Shown here: positions 29,904 through 38,984 of the stretch, in pieces
Position numbering within the stretch: the first letter of the stretch is position 1
Layout of the letters: the number at the start of each line of letters is the position of its first letter
Assembly: GCA_946410305.1 (NCBI GenBank)
Contig: CAMJZV010000017.1
Coordinates: 4,477-68,476, forward strand
Source: an uncultured Prevotellaceae bacterium
GTDB taxonomy: Bacteria > Bacteroidota > Bacteroidia > Bacteroidales > Bacteroidaceae
Reading direction: 5' to 3'
DNA length: 64,000 nucleotides
Made by a program: the position numbers and the translations under genes
Notes under the pieces: generated by a model
What the model was told of the DNA's origin: nothing
Databases searched by the model: none
Seen by the model: only the letters and a program-made list of their open reading frames with translations

Positions 29904-31781
29904 GTTTCTGCGTTGTTGCTCGCGCATCGCGTCGGCCTTTCTCTGCATCTCCTCCAAGCGTGCGGCAAAGTTCGACTGCTTCTTGGGGTTGTTCTTGTTG
30001 GCCTGGTAGTTGGCTTCCAGAATGGCCAGCAGTTTCTCGTCGTCAGTGGTCTTGCGCAGTGTCCACATGATGGCTGCTGACATGAACAGCGAGATGAAGT
30101 AATAGAAGTTCAGACCTGACGAATAGTCGTTGAAGATGAAGAAGAACATCAGCGGCATGATATACATCATCCACTGCATCACCTTCATCTGGTCAGCCTG
30201 AGCACCTACCATCTGGTCGCGCTGCTGACGCATGGAAATCCAGGTGTATATCAGCTGGGCGGCACAGAACAGAATGCAGGTCAGTGACAGGTGGTCACCG
30301 ATGCCCCAGATGTTGGTGCCCCATTCCCAGATGGGATCGTAGGTTGACAGGTCGTCCATCCACAGGAACGACTGACCGCGCAGCTGGATGGCGTTAGGCA
30401 CGAAGAAGAACATGGCCAGCCAGATAGGCATCTGGATGAGCATGGGCAGACAGCCTGACAGGGGCGATACGCCATACTTTGAGTAGAGCGACATCATCTC
30501 CTGCTGTTTCTTCATCTGGTCCTCGGGCTTGTCCAGGTGCTTGGTAGCCTCTTCGAACTTGGGCTTCAGCACGCGCATCTTCGCACTTGACATGTAGCTC
30601 TTCTTCACCATGGGGAAGGTGATGCCCTTCAGCAACAGCGTGATAAGAATCAGCACGATACCCATATTGAAGCCGAAGCCTGTCAGCCAGTCGAAGACAT
30701 ACAGCGTGAACCAGCGGTTAATCCAGCGCAGCAGCCACCAGCCGAGGTTGACAAGCTGCTCCAGGTCAAGGTCTTTGCCAAACTGGCTCTGCTGCTCGAC
30801 TTCCTGAATCAGTCGGAAATTATTGGGGCCGATATACATCTCGAACTCAGCGGCTTTCTTTCCTGTGGGGTCGAAGGCAGTCTTCAGCTTGGCATCAAAC
30901 TGCTTCAGATATCCTGAGCCTTTCTGGTCCTGAATGCTCGACAGGTTGGCATTCTGTGAGAAGTCGTCCTTAGAGATAAGTGCTACGCTAAAGAACTGGT
31001 TGCGGAAAGCCACCCAGTCTAGGCGCTCTTCGATATCCTCGTTCTCGTCGGAGCTTTCTGACAGGTTGTCGGTACCGCCGTTAGCCTCTTTGTAGAACAG
31101 ACCAGTATAGCGGCTCTCGAAAGAGAAGCCCTTCTCCTGCTGGCGGCAGTGGTCGCTCCACTCAATGTCCATCTCCTTGTAGGATGGTGCAAACACGCCT
31201 GCCAGACCCTTGGTCTCCAGGGCCATGCTCAGCATGTAGTCCTTGCCCAGACGGTAGCGCAGGGCGATATGTCCGCCATTGGTGGCCTGAGCCATCATGG
31301 TGACGGTAGTGTCTGTAACCTCAGTAGGAGTGAAATACAGCTCGTTGGTCACGATGTTCTCCTGCTTGCCAGCCAGCATGAAGTTCAGCTGCTGGTCTCC
31401 TTTGCCGAACAAGGTGACGTCGTTAGTGCCGTCGATGCTCTGGAAGTTATGGATGACGGCCTTCTCAATGGTACCGCCATAGCTGTTCAGCGTCAGTGTC
31501 AGCTTGCCATTCTTCAGCACTACCTGCTCTGATACGCCCTGCTTGGCAGCGTGGAAGAGGGAAGTGGTGTCGAGTAGCAACCATTGGCTGCTGTCAGTGG
31601 CTGCTGCCTTCACGGCTGCTGCCTGCTGAGCGGCTTTCTGTGCACTATCTTTCTGGATGGCTGCAATACTGTCTTGTTTGCGTGCGGCTTCTATCTGTTC
31701 TGCTGATGGCTGGTTCCACCAACTGAAACCTATCAGGACTAATGCAATCAGTACGAAGCCGATAATGGTGTCTCTATTCAT
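29898..31781 (-). CDS. yidC: Membrane protein insertase
   Basis: KKSYMSSAKMRVLKP, GCLPMLIQMPI, FLWMDDLS, SSGLNFYY. Confidence 0.95.
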   Translation of the reverse strand: MNRDTIIGFVLIALVLIGFSWWNQPSAEQIEAARKQDSIAAIQKDSAQKAAQQAAAVKAAATDSSQWLLLDTTSLFHAAKQGVSEQVVLKNGKLTLTLNSYGGTIEKAVIHNFQSIDGTNDVTLFGKGDQQLNFMLAGKQENIVTNELYFTPTEVTDTTVTMMAQATNGGHIALRYRLGKDYMLSMALETKGLAGVFAPSYKEMDIEWSDHCRQQEKGFSFESRYTGLFYKEANGGTDNLSESSDENEDIEERLDWVAFRNQFFSVALISKDDFSQNANLSSIQDQKGSGYLKQFDAKLKTAFDPTGKKAAEFEMYIGPNNFRLIQEVEQQSQFGKDLDLEQLVNLGWWLLRWINRWFTLYVFDWLTGFGFNMGIVLILITLLLKGITFPMVKKSYMSSAKMRVLKPKFEEATKHLDKPEDQMKKQQEMMSLYSKYGVSPLSGCLPMLIQMPIWLAMFFFVPNAIQLRGQSFLWMDDLSTYDPIWEWGTNIWGIGDHLSLTCILFCAAQLIYTWISMRQQRDQMVGAQADQMKVMQWMMYIMPLMFFFIFNDYSSGLNFYYFISLFMSAAIMWTLRKTTDDEKLLAILEANYQANKNNPKKQSNFAARLEEMQRKADAMREQQRRNK

Positions 31782-31815
31782 TGTTGATCTTTACCTTATT
31801 AATATAAAACGCTTG

Positions 31816-31927
31816 CAAAGGTACAATAAAAAGATGAAAAATTAAAGATGAAAGATGAAAAATTTGCTGCTGTCGTGAAATAATTATGAATTATGCATGA
31901 TGAATTATGAATTATTCATTATCTTTG
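31816..31927. promoter_or_regulatory. Divergent -7 promoters flanking two heptamer arrays and an AAATTTGCTGCTG core
   Basis: caaaggta at about 31816; (AAGATGA)n at 31831-31862; (TAATTAT/GAATTAT)n at 31881-31915; tatctttg at 31920. Confidence 0.7.
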
Positions 31928-31936
31928 CAGCCAGTT

Positions 31937-33238
31937 ATGAAACAAAAATACATCCTATTATTTGCCGTGTTGCTGCTGACAACGCTTAGTGTCAGCGCGC
32001 AACGCCATACAAAAAAGCCTGTTCAGGCTGAGGTGCCCGATACGGCACTGGTAGTGAAACAGTATCTGGACTCACTGAACGTGATGCGCCAGCGCTTGGA
32101 CTCCCTGCAGCAGGTGAACGACCAGCTGCGCAGCGAGCAGAGTGATGGTCGCTACCTCCGCCTGTTTGCCCCTACCACGTTCTACCATTCCGGTGCCCAG
32201 AAGTCACTGTCGTTACAGCCTCAGTCAGGCGACGATGTGGCTGATGCCATTGACGAGGCACTAATGAGTCTCTACCTGCGCCGTCCAGACCTGGTGGTCA
32301 ACAACGAGACGAATCTCCAAGAGGCAGGCTCTATCCGTGAGGACGTAAACCAGGAACTTACACAGGAATTGGAACTGACCGATTTCGCAGCTCCTGTGCC
32401 CGATGAGCCTGAGGCTGTGCCCGTCAGTATTGTAGTCCAAAAGCCCAACTTCTGGAAGTTCAAGGGCGACGGCTATATGCAGTTCCTGCAGAACTACGTC
32501 TCAACCAACTGGCACAAGGGCGGTGAGAGCAACTATTCCGCTGTGGCTGCTGCCAATCTGGAGCTGAACTACAACGACAAGGACCGCATCACCTTCGACA
32601 ACAAGCTGGAGATGAAGCTGGGCGTCCAGACATCGCCCTCAGATACTGTCCATAAGTACAAGACCAACAACGACCTGTTGCGTTTCACCAGTAAGCTGGG
32701 TATCCAGGCCCATAAGAAGTGGTACTACACCTTGCAGCTGTTGGCCTATACGCAGTTTGCACGAGGCTTGAAGGCTAACGACGAGAAGGTCTATTCAGAC
32801 TTTACCTCTCCTTTCGACCTCAACCTCGGTATTGGTATGCAGTACAATGTTGACGCGCTGGGTGGACGCCTGAAGGGTACGCTCAACTTCCTGCCCTTCT
32901 CGTTTAACTTCCGCTACGTAGCCCGTGAGGCGCTGATCAGTGCCAACGGTATCAAGGGCGACCACCACACCATGGAGGATTTCGCCTCGCAGTTTACGGG
33001 TGAACTGAAGTGGAACATCTTCGACCAACTGTCGTGGAAGACGCGCCTCTTCGCCATTACCACCTACCACCAGGCTAAGATTGAGTGGGAGAACCAGTTC
33101 GAGCTGAAGGTCACGAAGTATATCTCTGCCAACCTCTTCGTCTATCCACGTTTCGACGATGGCAACATCCGCGACGACGATATGGGCTACTTCCAGTTGC
33201 AGGAGTGGAGCTCTATCGGACTGACGTACAGCTTTTAG
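31937..33238 (+). CDS. DUF3078 outer-membrane protein
   Basis: Signal peptide; QNYVSTNWHKGGES; C-terminal GLTYSF barrel signature. Confidence 0.8.
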   Translation: MKQKYILLFAVLLLTTLSVSAQRHTKKPVQAEVPDTALVVKQYLDSLNVMRQRLDSLQQVNDQLRSEQSDGRYLRLFAPTTFYHSGAQKSLSLQPQSGDDVADAIDEALMSLYLRRPDLVVNNETNLQEAGSIREDVNQELTQELELTDFAAPVPDEPEAVPVSIVVQKPNFWKFKGDGYMQFLQNYVSTNWHKGGESNYSAVAAANLELNYNDKDRITFDNKLEMKLGVQTSPSDTVHKYKTNNDLLRFTSKLGIQAHKKWYYTLQLLAYTQFARGLKANDEKVYSDFTSPFDLNLGIGMQYNVDALGGRLKGTLNFLPFSFNFRYVAREALISANGIKGDHHTMEDFASQFTGELKWNIFDQLSWKTRLFAITTYHQAKIEWENQFELKVTKYISANLFVYPRFDDGNIRDDDMGYFQLQEWSSIGLTYSF

Positions 33239-33270
33239 CTATTGGCTATTAGCAGTTGGCTGTTAGCACA

Positions 33271-33304
33271 TAAAAAAGCGCTGCCAACAAGCAGCGCCTT
33301 TTTT
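33271..33304. terminator. Bidirectional terminator
   Basis: aaaaaagcgctg-ccaacaag-cagcgcc-ttttt between convergent genes; heptamer arrays at 33236-33268 and 33314-33346. Confidence 0.75.
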
Positions 33305-33345
33305 ATACTCTTACATCAGACATCTTCCATCAGACATCTTCCATC

Positions 33346-33741
33346 TTACTTCTTCTCGGCTTCTGTCATGTCGCCCTCAATGTAGAGACGCGTCATTTCA
33401 ACAGCACCGTTGGTGCGTACCGTAATCGACTTCTTGAAATGACCAGGGAACTTACCCTCACCATTGTATGTCACCTTGATGGTTCCCTTCTCGCCTGGCT
33501 TGATGGGAGTCTTGGTGTACTCAGGCACTGTGCATCCGCAAGAGGCAATGGCCTGGTTGATGACCAGTGGCTGTTCGCCAACATTGGTGAAGTTGAATTC
33601 ACAAGTCACCACAGGGTTAGCCTCTGAGAAAGTACCGAAGTTGTGGGTCGTCTTTTCAAACTTTATCTGTGCGGGATTCTGCGCTATCGCCATCATCATG
33701 CCGCAAACCAGCATCAATGCTGAAAGAATCATTCTTTTCAT
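33346..33741 (-). CDS. DUF1573 domain protein
   Basis: FTNVGEQPLVI...ASCGCT...PIKPGEKG. Confidence 0.88.
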   Translation of the reverse strand: MKRMILSALMLVCGMMMAIAQNPAQIKFEKTTHNFGTFSEANPVVTCEFNFTNVGEQPLVINQAIASCGCTVPEYTKTPIKPGEKGTIKVTYNGEGKFPGHFKKSITVRTNGAVEMTRLYIEGDMTEAEKK

Positions 33742-33789
33742 AGTTGGTCTCCTTTTAATGGTACTTAAATTGCTGTAATATGGTGTTTA

Positions 33790-34260
33790 TCAGAATTTTG
33801 CCATCTTGATAGCCACTACGGCGCACTCGTCGCCCTTGTTGCCCAGACGTCCACCAGCACGGTCCTGTGCCTGCTGCATGTTCTCTGTGGTCAGCAGTCC
33901 GAAGACTACGGGGATGTTGTTGGTGGCGTTGAGGCGGGCAATACCCTGAGTGACACCCTGACAGATGTAGTCGAAGTGGGGCGTCTCGCCACGAATCACA
34001 CAACCCAGCACGATGATGGCATCGTAGCCGTCGTTGAGCGTCATCTGGCGGGCTCCATAGATCAGCTCGAAAGAGCCAGGGACGGTCTTCACATGGATGT
34101 TCTCCGTCAGCGCACCATGCTTTTCCAGTGTCGTTACGCAGCCGTCGAGTAGGGCACCCGTAATCTCAGGGTTCCACTCAGATACCACGATGCCGAACGT
34201 CATGTTCGAGGCATCGGGCACCTTGGCGGCATTGTATTCAGACAGATTTTTAGTTGCCAT
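33790..34260 (-). CDS. ribH: 6,7-dimethyl-8-ribityllumazine synthase
   Basis: [31 protein letters not shown]. Confidence 0.96.
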   Translation of the reverse strand: MATKNLSEYNAAKVPDASNMTFGIVVSEWNPEITGALLDGCVTTLEKHGALTENIHVKTVPGSFELIYGARQMTLNDGYDAIIVLGCVIRGETPHFDYICQGVTQGIARLNATNNIPVVFGLLTTENMQQAQDRAGGRLGNKGDECAVVAIKMAKF

Positions 34261-34277
34261 GTCTTACTTTTTACTTC

Positions 34278-34931
34278 TTACATCTTACATCTTTCGATGT
34301 ACTTGTCGATGCTCTGGTACTGCATAGAGTTGAAGTACTTCTCCTTCACCTCTTCGTACAGCTTCAGGGCCTCGTCCTTCTTGTTCTGGCTCTCCAGAAT
34401 CTCACCAGCCTGGATGAGGAACGTGGGAGACAACGAGTTGTTGTCAGCCATCTTAGCAGCCTTCTTCAGGTGCTCAACAGCCTTGTCCAACTGGTTCAGG
34501 TTGGCGTAAGCGTTACCCAGTGCACCCTCTGCTGCAGGGCTAATCATCTGGTCGCCCTTACCACTGAATGACTCCAGTGCGTTGACAGCCTCCTGCCACT
34601 TGCCCAGATTGGCCTGGCAGAGACCGATATAGAGCTGAGCCAGATTGCCGGCATCGGTAGAGCTGTAGTCAGCAGCCACCTTCTGGAAACCTACCAGAGC
34701 CTTGTCAAACTGCTGCTGGTCGAAGAGCTCCTGGCTCTTTGCAAGCTCGGTGCTGGCCTCGTTGGCACGGGGCTCAAAATAATAGTTGTTAGCGAGGATA
34801 ACGCATACAACGATAATGATAGCGGCTGCTATGCAGCCAACGATGGCCTTCTTGTACTTCTCGAAGAAGGCTTCGGTCTTAGTGACCTGCTGCTCCTCTG
34901 TGGGAGCTGCTTTCTGATTGTTTGTTGCCAT
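34278..34931 (-). CDS. TPR protein (YfgM-like) with N-terminal TM anchor
   Basis: TM segment plus TPR repeats; usual neighbour of ribH; start MATNN at 34931. Confidence 0.85.
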   Translation of the reverse strand: MATNNQKAAPTEEQQVTKTEAFFEKYKKAIVGCIAAAIIIVVCVILANNYYFEPRANEASTELAKSQELFDQQQFDKALVGFQKVAADYSSTDAGNLAQLYIGLCQANLGKWQEAVNALESFSGKGDQMISPAAEGALGNAYANLNQLDKAVEHLKKAAKMADNNSLSPTFLIQAGEILESQNKKDEALKLYEEVKEKYFNSMQYQSIDKYIERCKM

Positions 34932-35019
34932 TTTTATTGTTTTATTTTTGTTCTTTCTAGGTTCTAGGGCATAGCCCCTCGTTCGTGACAAGTCACAAAT
35001 CGGGTGCAAAGGTAATAAA

Positions 35020-35053
35020 AAGATTAAAGATTAAAGATTAAAGATTAAAGATT
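35020..35053. repeat. (AAGATTA)4-5 array abutting the TPR-ribH promoter
   Basis: aagattaaagattaaagattaaagattaaagattt next to caaaggta. Confidence 0.85.
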
Positions 35054-35087
35054 TTTTTCCTTTTTATGATTTTTTGTACCTTAATAT

Positions 35088-35195
35088 GTAGCTAATACGC
35101 GCGAGACAGTTGTATTTACACTCCGTATACAACTGATTTGCATCCTGTATTAGCCTAATACGCGTCTGTATTAGCTATTCCCGCGTCGGTATTAG
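35088..35195. repeat. Nested palindromes (CTAATAC...GTATTAG units, about 21-nt period)
   Basis: gctaatac...cagttgtat-N11-atacaactg...gtattagc; ctaatacgcgtctgtattag; ctattcccgcgtcggtattag. Confidence 0.65.
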
Positions 35196-35389
35196 ATTCT
35201 GTATTTCTGGCATCTGCATTCCAGAGCGTATGCCGTGGGAGAAAATTTTCGCAAAACACTTAACCCTGTGATTGCAGGTCTTTTTCTTTTGTCTACATAC
35301 AGCTGGCTAATATTGGGCAAGAAAGCATAGCATTACTATCTGCATATTTATAGATTTTTCGTAACGAAAAGTGGCAAAAAACGTGTTAA

Positions 35390-35749
35390 AGACTGTCAGA
35401 CTGACAAAACACCGATGCACAGGGCATTTGCAGTCTGTTGACAGTCTTTTAGAGACTGACAAGACTGACAACATTTAGTCCAGATAATAGCTGTATCTAT
35501 TCGAATATCAGCTGTATCTATGCGAATATCAGCTGTATAAACGAAAAATTCTCTAGAGAATTTCTACCGTACACACCTAATACGTGGACAATTCTCTAGA
35601 GAATTCATAGAATTTTCTAGACAATTATTCTGTTAGAATTTAAAGTCGATGGGCTGTCAGTCTCCTGTCAGTCTTGACAGTCTCCAAAAAGACTGCAAAC
35701 GCCCTGTGCATCGGGCTTTTGTCAGTCTGTCAGTCTCTATCACAAAATT
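35390..35749. mobile_element. MITE-like non-coding element with about 70-bp terminal inverted repeats and internal 21-nt repeats and palindromes
   Basis: 35390-35470 matches the reverse complement of 35666-35736 (few mismatches, one 11-nt indel); inside are agctgtatctatNcgaatatc repeats and AATTCTCTAGAGAATT. Confidence 0.6.
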
Positions 35750-35888
35750 TTTAGGTTTTCAAAACAAAAACCGCATAAACATCCAAGTACTTGCTAAACT
35801 TTTAGAGTACATTGGGGACAGGTCAGCGTCTCGCCTAACGTAGCATGGATTGAGACACCAATGCCAAGTATCTGTTTCACATAACAAT

Positions 35889-35915
35889 GGCAGACTCCTG
35901 ATGTAGAAGTCTGCC
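35889..35915 (-). terminator. Hairpin downstream of the repeat-protein gene
   Basis: ggcagact-cctgatgtaga-agtctgcc. Confidence 0.55.
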
Positions 35916-35967
35916 CCATATATTTTCCTCGGATCGCTTTGTTTATTATCTTATGAATTGATGTTGG

Positions 35968-36321
35968 TCACTTTACGCGGACGCCAAAAGTCTGGAGGAG
36001 GAAGGATACGAAATTAGAATCGTCTTCCGTATTCTGCTGACTACCCTTTACGCGGATGCCTACATTATTCTTACCGTCGTTGGCAGTACCCTTTACTCGG
36101 ATGCCTACATTGTTCTTGTCACCATTGGCAGTACCCTTTACACGGACTCCAAAATTGTTGTTATTGCCATTAGCACTTCCCTTTACTCGGACTTCGAGAT
36201 TGGCCTTTTGAGTTGGCTCTGGGGTGTTTGCGTTTGCACTGGTGGTGAACACGAATGAGAAAACGGCTGCTGCAACTGTGCTCATGAGCACCTTCTTTGC
36301 ATTGAAATTCTTAGTTGTCAT
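35968..36321 (-). CDS. Small secreted protein (117 aa) with 15-aa (V/I)RVKG repeats
   Basis: Signal peptide ending SANA; four tandem RVKG units plus C-terminal GVRVK; 45-bp DNA repeats with varying RVK codons; TATCTTTG promoter at about 36385-36392. Confidence 0.75.
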   Translation of the reverse strand: MTTKNFNAKKVLMSTVAAAVFSFVFTTSANANTPEPTQKANLEVRVKGSANGNNNNFGVRVKGTANGDKNNVGIRVKGTANDGKNNVGIRVKGSQQNTEDDSNFVSFLLQTFGVRVK

Positions 36322-36773
36322 AGCTTTTAAATTTTTATTGTTTATACTTTTATTATTTTCTGTCGTTGTTTCCTTTTGACATTGCAAAGATACGGAGATT
36401 TTCTGCTGTTCTCCAAATTTTCGTGCATGATTCTTCTGAGTTTGTATGGACAAGAACTTGATTTTCGGACAAATAGCGGAAATAGGCACAAAAGCTGTCC
36501 GAAGAGGTGCCAGTTGTCAAGAGTGGAAGAAGGATGAAGCAACATTAGGGACAGGTACATTACATCTGCAAAGAAACATAGACCACGGGACTCTGATTCA
36601 TTCTGAATATTTCTCCTGCGGACTGAAGTGACAATGCTTCAGTCCGCAGTTTGTGTGTCAAAGCCCCGATAATTTTGTGATAGAGACTGACCCCCCCGAT
36701 GTTGAGGACGTTTGCAGTCTTTATATGCAATAATCGTGCAGTCCATTCGTTATAGTGAATAATAAATAGAGTC

Positions 36774-37439
36774 ATGAAGGTAATCGTATCACAAGAGATA
36801 GAGCGTGCATGTCCGGAGTTTGTGGGGGCATGTGTGGAGGCACAGGTCGTCAATACGCAGTACAACGAGGCACTGTGGCAAGAGATAGAGGCTATGGGCG
36901 AAAGATATCGTCAGGAGTTGACGACGGAGTCGCTAAAGGACATGACGAGCATCGCTGCTACACGCCGTGTCTATAAGGCCTGCGGCAAAGACCCTTCGCG
37001 CTACCGGCCTGCTTCGGAGGCGTTGATACGACGCATGTTGCAGGGTAAGGAGCTTTACCAGCGCGACACGCTGGTGGACTTGGTGAACCTGGCATCCATC
37101 GCCTTCGGATACAGCATCGGTGGATTTGATGCCGACCGCTTTGTGGGCGATACGCTGACGCTGGGTATCGGTCGCGAGGGAGAACCCTACGAAGGCATTG
37201 GCCGTGGCATGATTAACATTCACGGACTGCCTGTCTATCGAGATGCTGAGGGTGGGGTGGGCACTCCGACGAGCGACCACGAGCGTACGAAGATGACGAT
37301 AGACACGCGCCATCTGGTGGTGCTCATTAATGGCTACGATGGCGATGAACAGCGTGTGCGCAGGAATGCTGAGTACATCCAGGAACTGTTACGCAAATAC
37401 TGTCAGAGCGATGGAGGTTCGTACTTCGTCTATAAGTAA
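36774..37439 (+). CDS. B3/B4 domain protein (PheRS-beta editing-like)
   Basis: GKDPSRYRPASEALIRR, LVDLVNLASI, D..GGVGTPTSD. Confidence 0.85.
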   Translation: MKVIVSQEIERACPEFVGACVEAQVVNTQYNEALWQEIEAMGERYRQELTTESLKDMTSIAATRRVYKACGKDPSRYRPASEALIRRMLQGKELYQRDTLVDLVNLASIAFGYSIGGFDADRFVGDTLTLGIGREGEPYEGIGRGMINIHGLPVYRDAEGGVGTPTSDHERTKMTIDTRHLVVLINGYDGDEQRVRRNAEYIQELLRKYCQSDGGSYFVYK

Positions 37440-37485
37440 CAAAGGAATATCCCACTGCTAATCTAACCATTAAAATGAAATAACA

Positions 37486-38859
37486 ATGAAAAAGATAATT
37501 ATAGCGATGCTGCTGATGATGCCCCTAATGGGGTGGTCAGCCTCCCGTTCACTGAAGCCCCGACTGGTGGTATGTACCGACATAGCTCCTGCTGATGTAG
37601 AGCCCGACGATATGGAGTCGATGGTGCGTCTGATGGCCTATGCCGACTGTTTTGAGATAGAGGCACTCATCACGAGTGTGGGGTGGAACTGCGACCCATA
37701 CCCGTTGGAGTGGCAGAAGTATCTGTTTCGCGTGATTACCGCCTATGCTAAGGACGTGCCAAACCTGATGAAGCGCTCCGGACAGAAGAAACACCTCTCA
37801 CTTAAGAAAGAAAACGGCCAGCAGGAACTTGGTTATTGGCCTAGTGCGGAGTACATCACGAGTCGTGCCGTCATGGGCAGCAAGTATGGCGGCATCAAGG
37901 CCATCGGTGAGCGCAATGACTCGCCAGGTAGCGAACTGCTTATCCGTCTGGCTGACGAGGACGATCCGCGCCCCATCTACGTGGCTGCATGGGGTGGAGC
38001 TAACACTCTGGCACAAGCCATTTGGCGCGTGAAGCAGACGAGGAGTGATGACGAAGTGAAAAACTTCGTCCACAAGTTCCGCCTTTTCACCATTACCGAC
38101 CAGGACATGCAATACAGCATGCGCATGAATCGCGCCTACAGTTCTCACATGTGGCTGCGCAAGGAGTTCAAGGACGACCTGCAGTTCATCTGGGACGAGG
38201 GTGCCTGGCAGGAGCAGTGTGAACTGGGCAAGCGCCATTGGCAGCAACACCAGGACATGATTCAGGGCAAGGGTGCACTGGGCAAGGAGTATCCCACCTA
38301 TAAATGGGGCGTCGAGGGTGATACACCGAGTTTCCTTTATGTGATGCCCAATGGACTGAACGATCCAGAAGACCCACATCAATGCGGTTGGGCTGGCTAT
38401 CACGAGCGCGGGCTCTGTGCCGACTCGCTCACCACTGCCTGGACCTCATGGCAGGAACCCCTGCGCAGTATCTCGGTGGGCTACAAGCAGCGCTTTTATC
38501 CTGACGAGCTCAACGACTTCTGTGCCCGTATGCAATGGGCTGCCGAGGGCAAGGGCAATCGCAATCCACAGATTGTTATCGCCTCTCTCCGCATCACAGC
38601 TAAGGCAGGCGATACCATTCGTTTGGATGCCTCGAAATCCTTTGACCCTGATGGCGACGGCCTTCGCTTCCTTTGGTGGCAACAGCCAGAGATTGGTCAT
38701 TCCCGTATCGCTATCGAGGCTGCTGACCAGTCTATCGCCACCATCCGCATCCCTGCCAATGCCGATAGTGACACCATCCATCTTATCTGCGAGGTCCACG
38801 ACGACGGTCCTTTCCATCTGGTGTCCTACCGCCGCATTATTGTACGTATCCAAGGGTAA
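37486..38859 (+). CDS. DUF1593 nucleoside-hydrolase-like secreted protein with C-terminal Ig-like domain
   Basis: TDI...EPDDMESMVRL, WGGANTLAQA, EGDTPSFL, LDASKSFDPDGD. Confidence 0.85.
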   Translation: MKKIIIAMLLMMPLMGWSASRSLKPRLVVCTDIAPADVEPDDMESMVRLMAYADCFEIEALITSVGWNCDPYPLEWQKYLFRVITAYAKDVPNLMKRSGQKKHLSLKKENGQQELGYWPSAEYITSRAVMGSKYGGIKAIGERNDSPGSELLIRLADEDDPRPIYVAAWGGANTLAQAIWRVKQTRSDDEVKNFVHKFRLFTITDQDMQYSMRMNRAYSSHMWLRKEFKDDLQFIWDEGAWQEQCELGKRHWQQHQDMIQGKGALGKEYPTYKWGVEGDTPSFLYVMPNGLNDPEDPHQCGWAGYHERGLCADSLTTAWTSWQEPLRSISVGYKQRFYPDELNDFCARMQWAAEGKGNRNPQIVIASLRITAKAGDTIRLDASKSFDPDGDGLRFLWWQQPEIGHSRIAIEAADQSIATIRIPANADSDTIHLICEVHDDGPFHLVSYRRIIVRIQG

Positions 38860-38869
38860 CCCCAGACAT

Positions 38870-38977
38870 GTTCGCTCGCTTATTCGTACTTTGACTACGT
38901 CGAAAGTACTTTCGCTCGAGAATGAAAAGAAAAACAAGTTTTTCTTTTGCATTCTCCCCGCTTATTCGTACCTTTGC
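38870..38977 (+). promoter_or_regulatory. Repeat-like module carrying the recF -7 promoter
   Basis: Direct repeat cgcttattcgtac(c)tttg x2, internal hairpins, TACCTTTG about 8 nt before the ATG. Confidence 0.6.
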
Positions 38978-38984
38978 AGACGAA

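Noticed and set aside
35390-35749. Possible CRISPR array
   Set aside because: Repeats are tandem or inverted without unique 30-40 nt spacers, and there are no cas genes in the window
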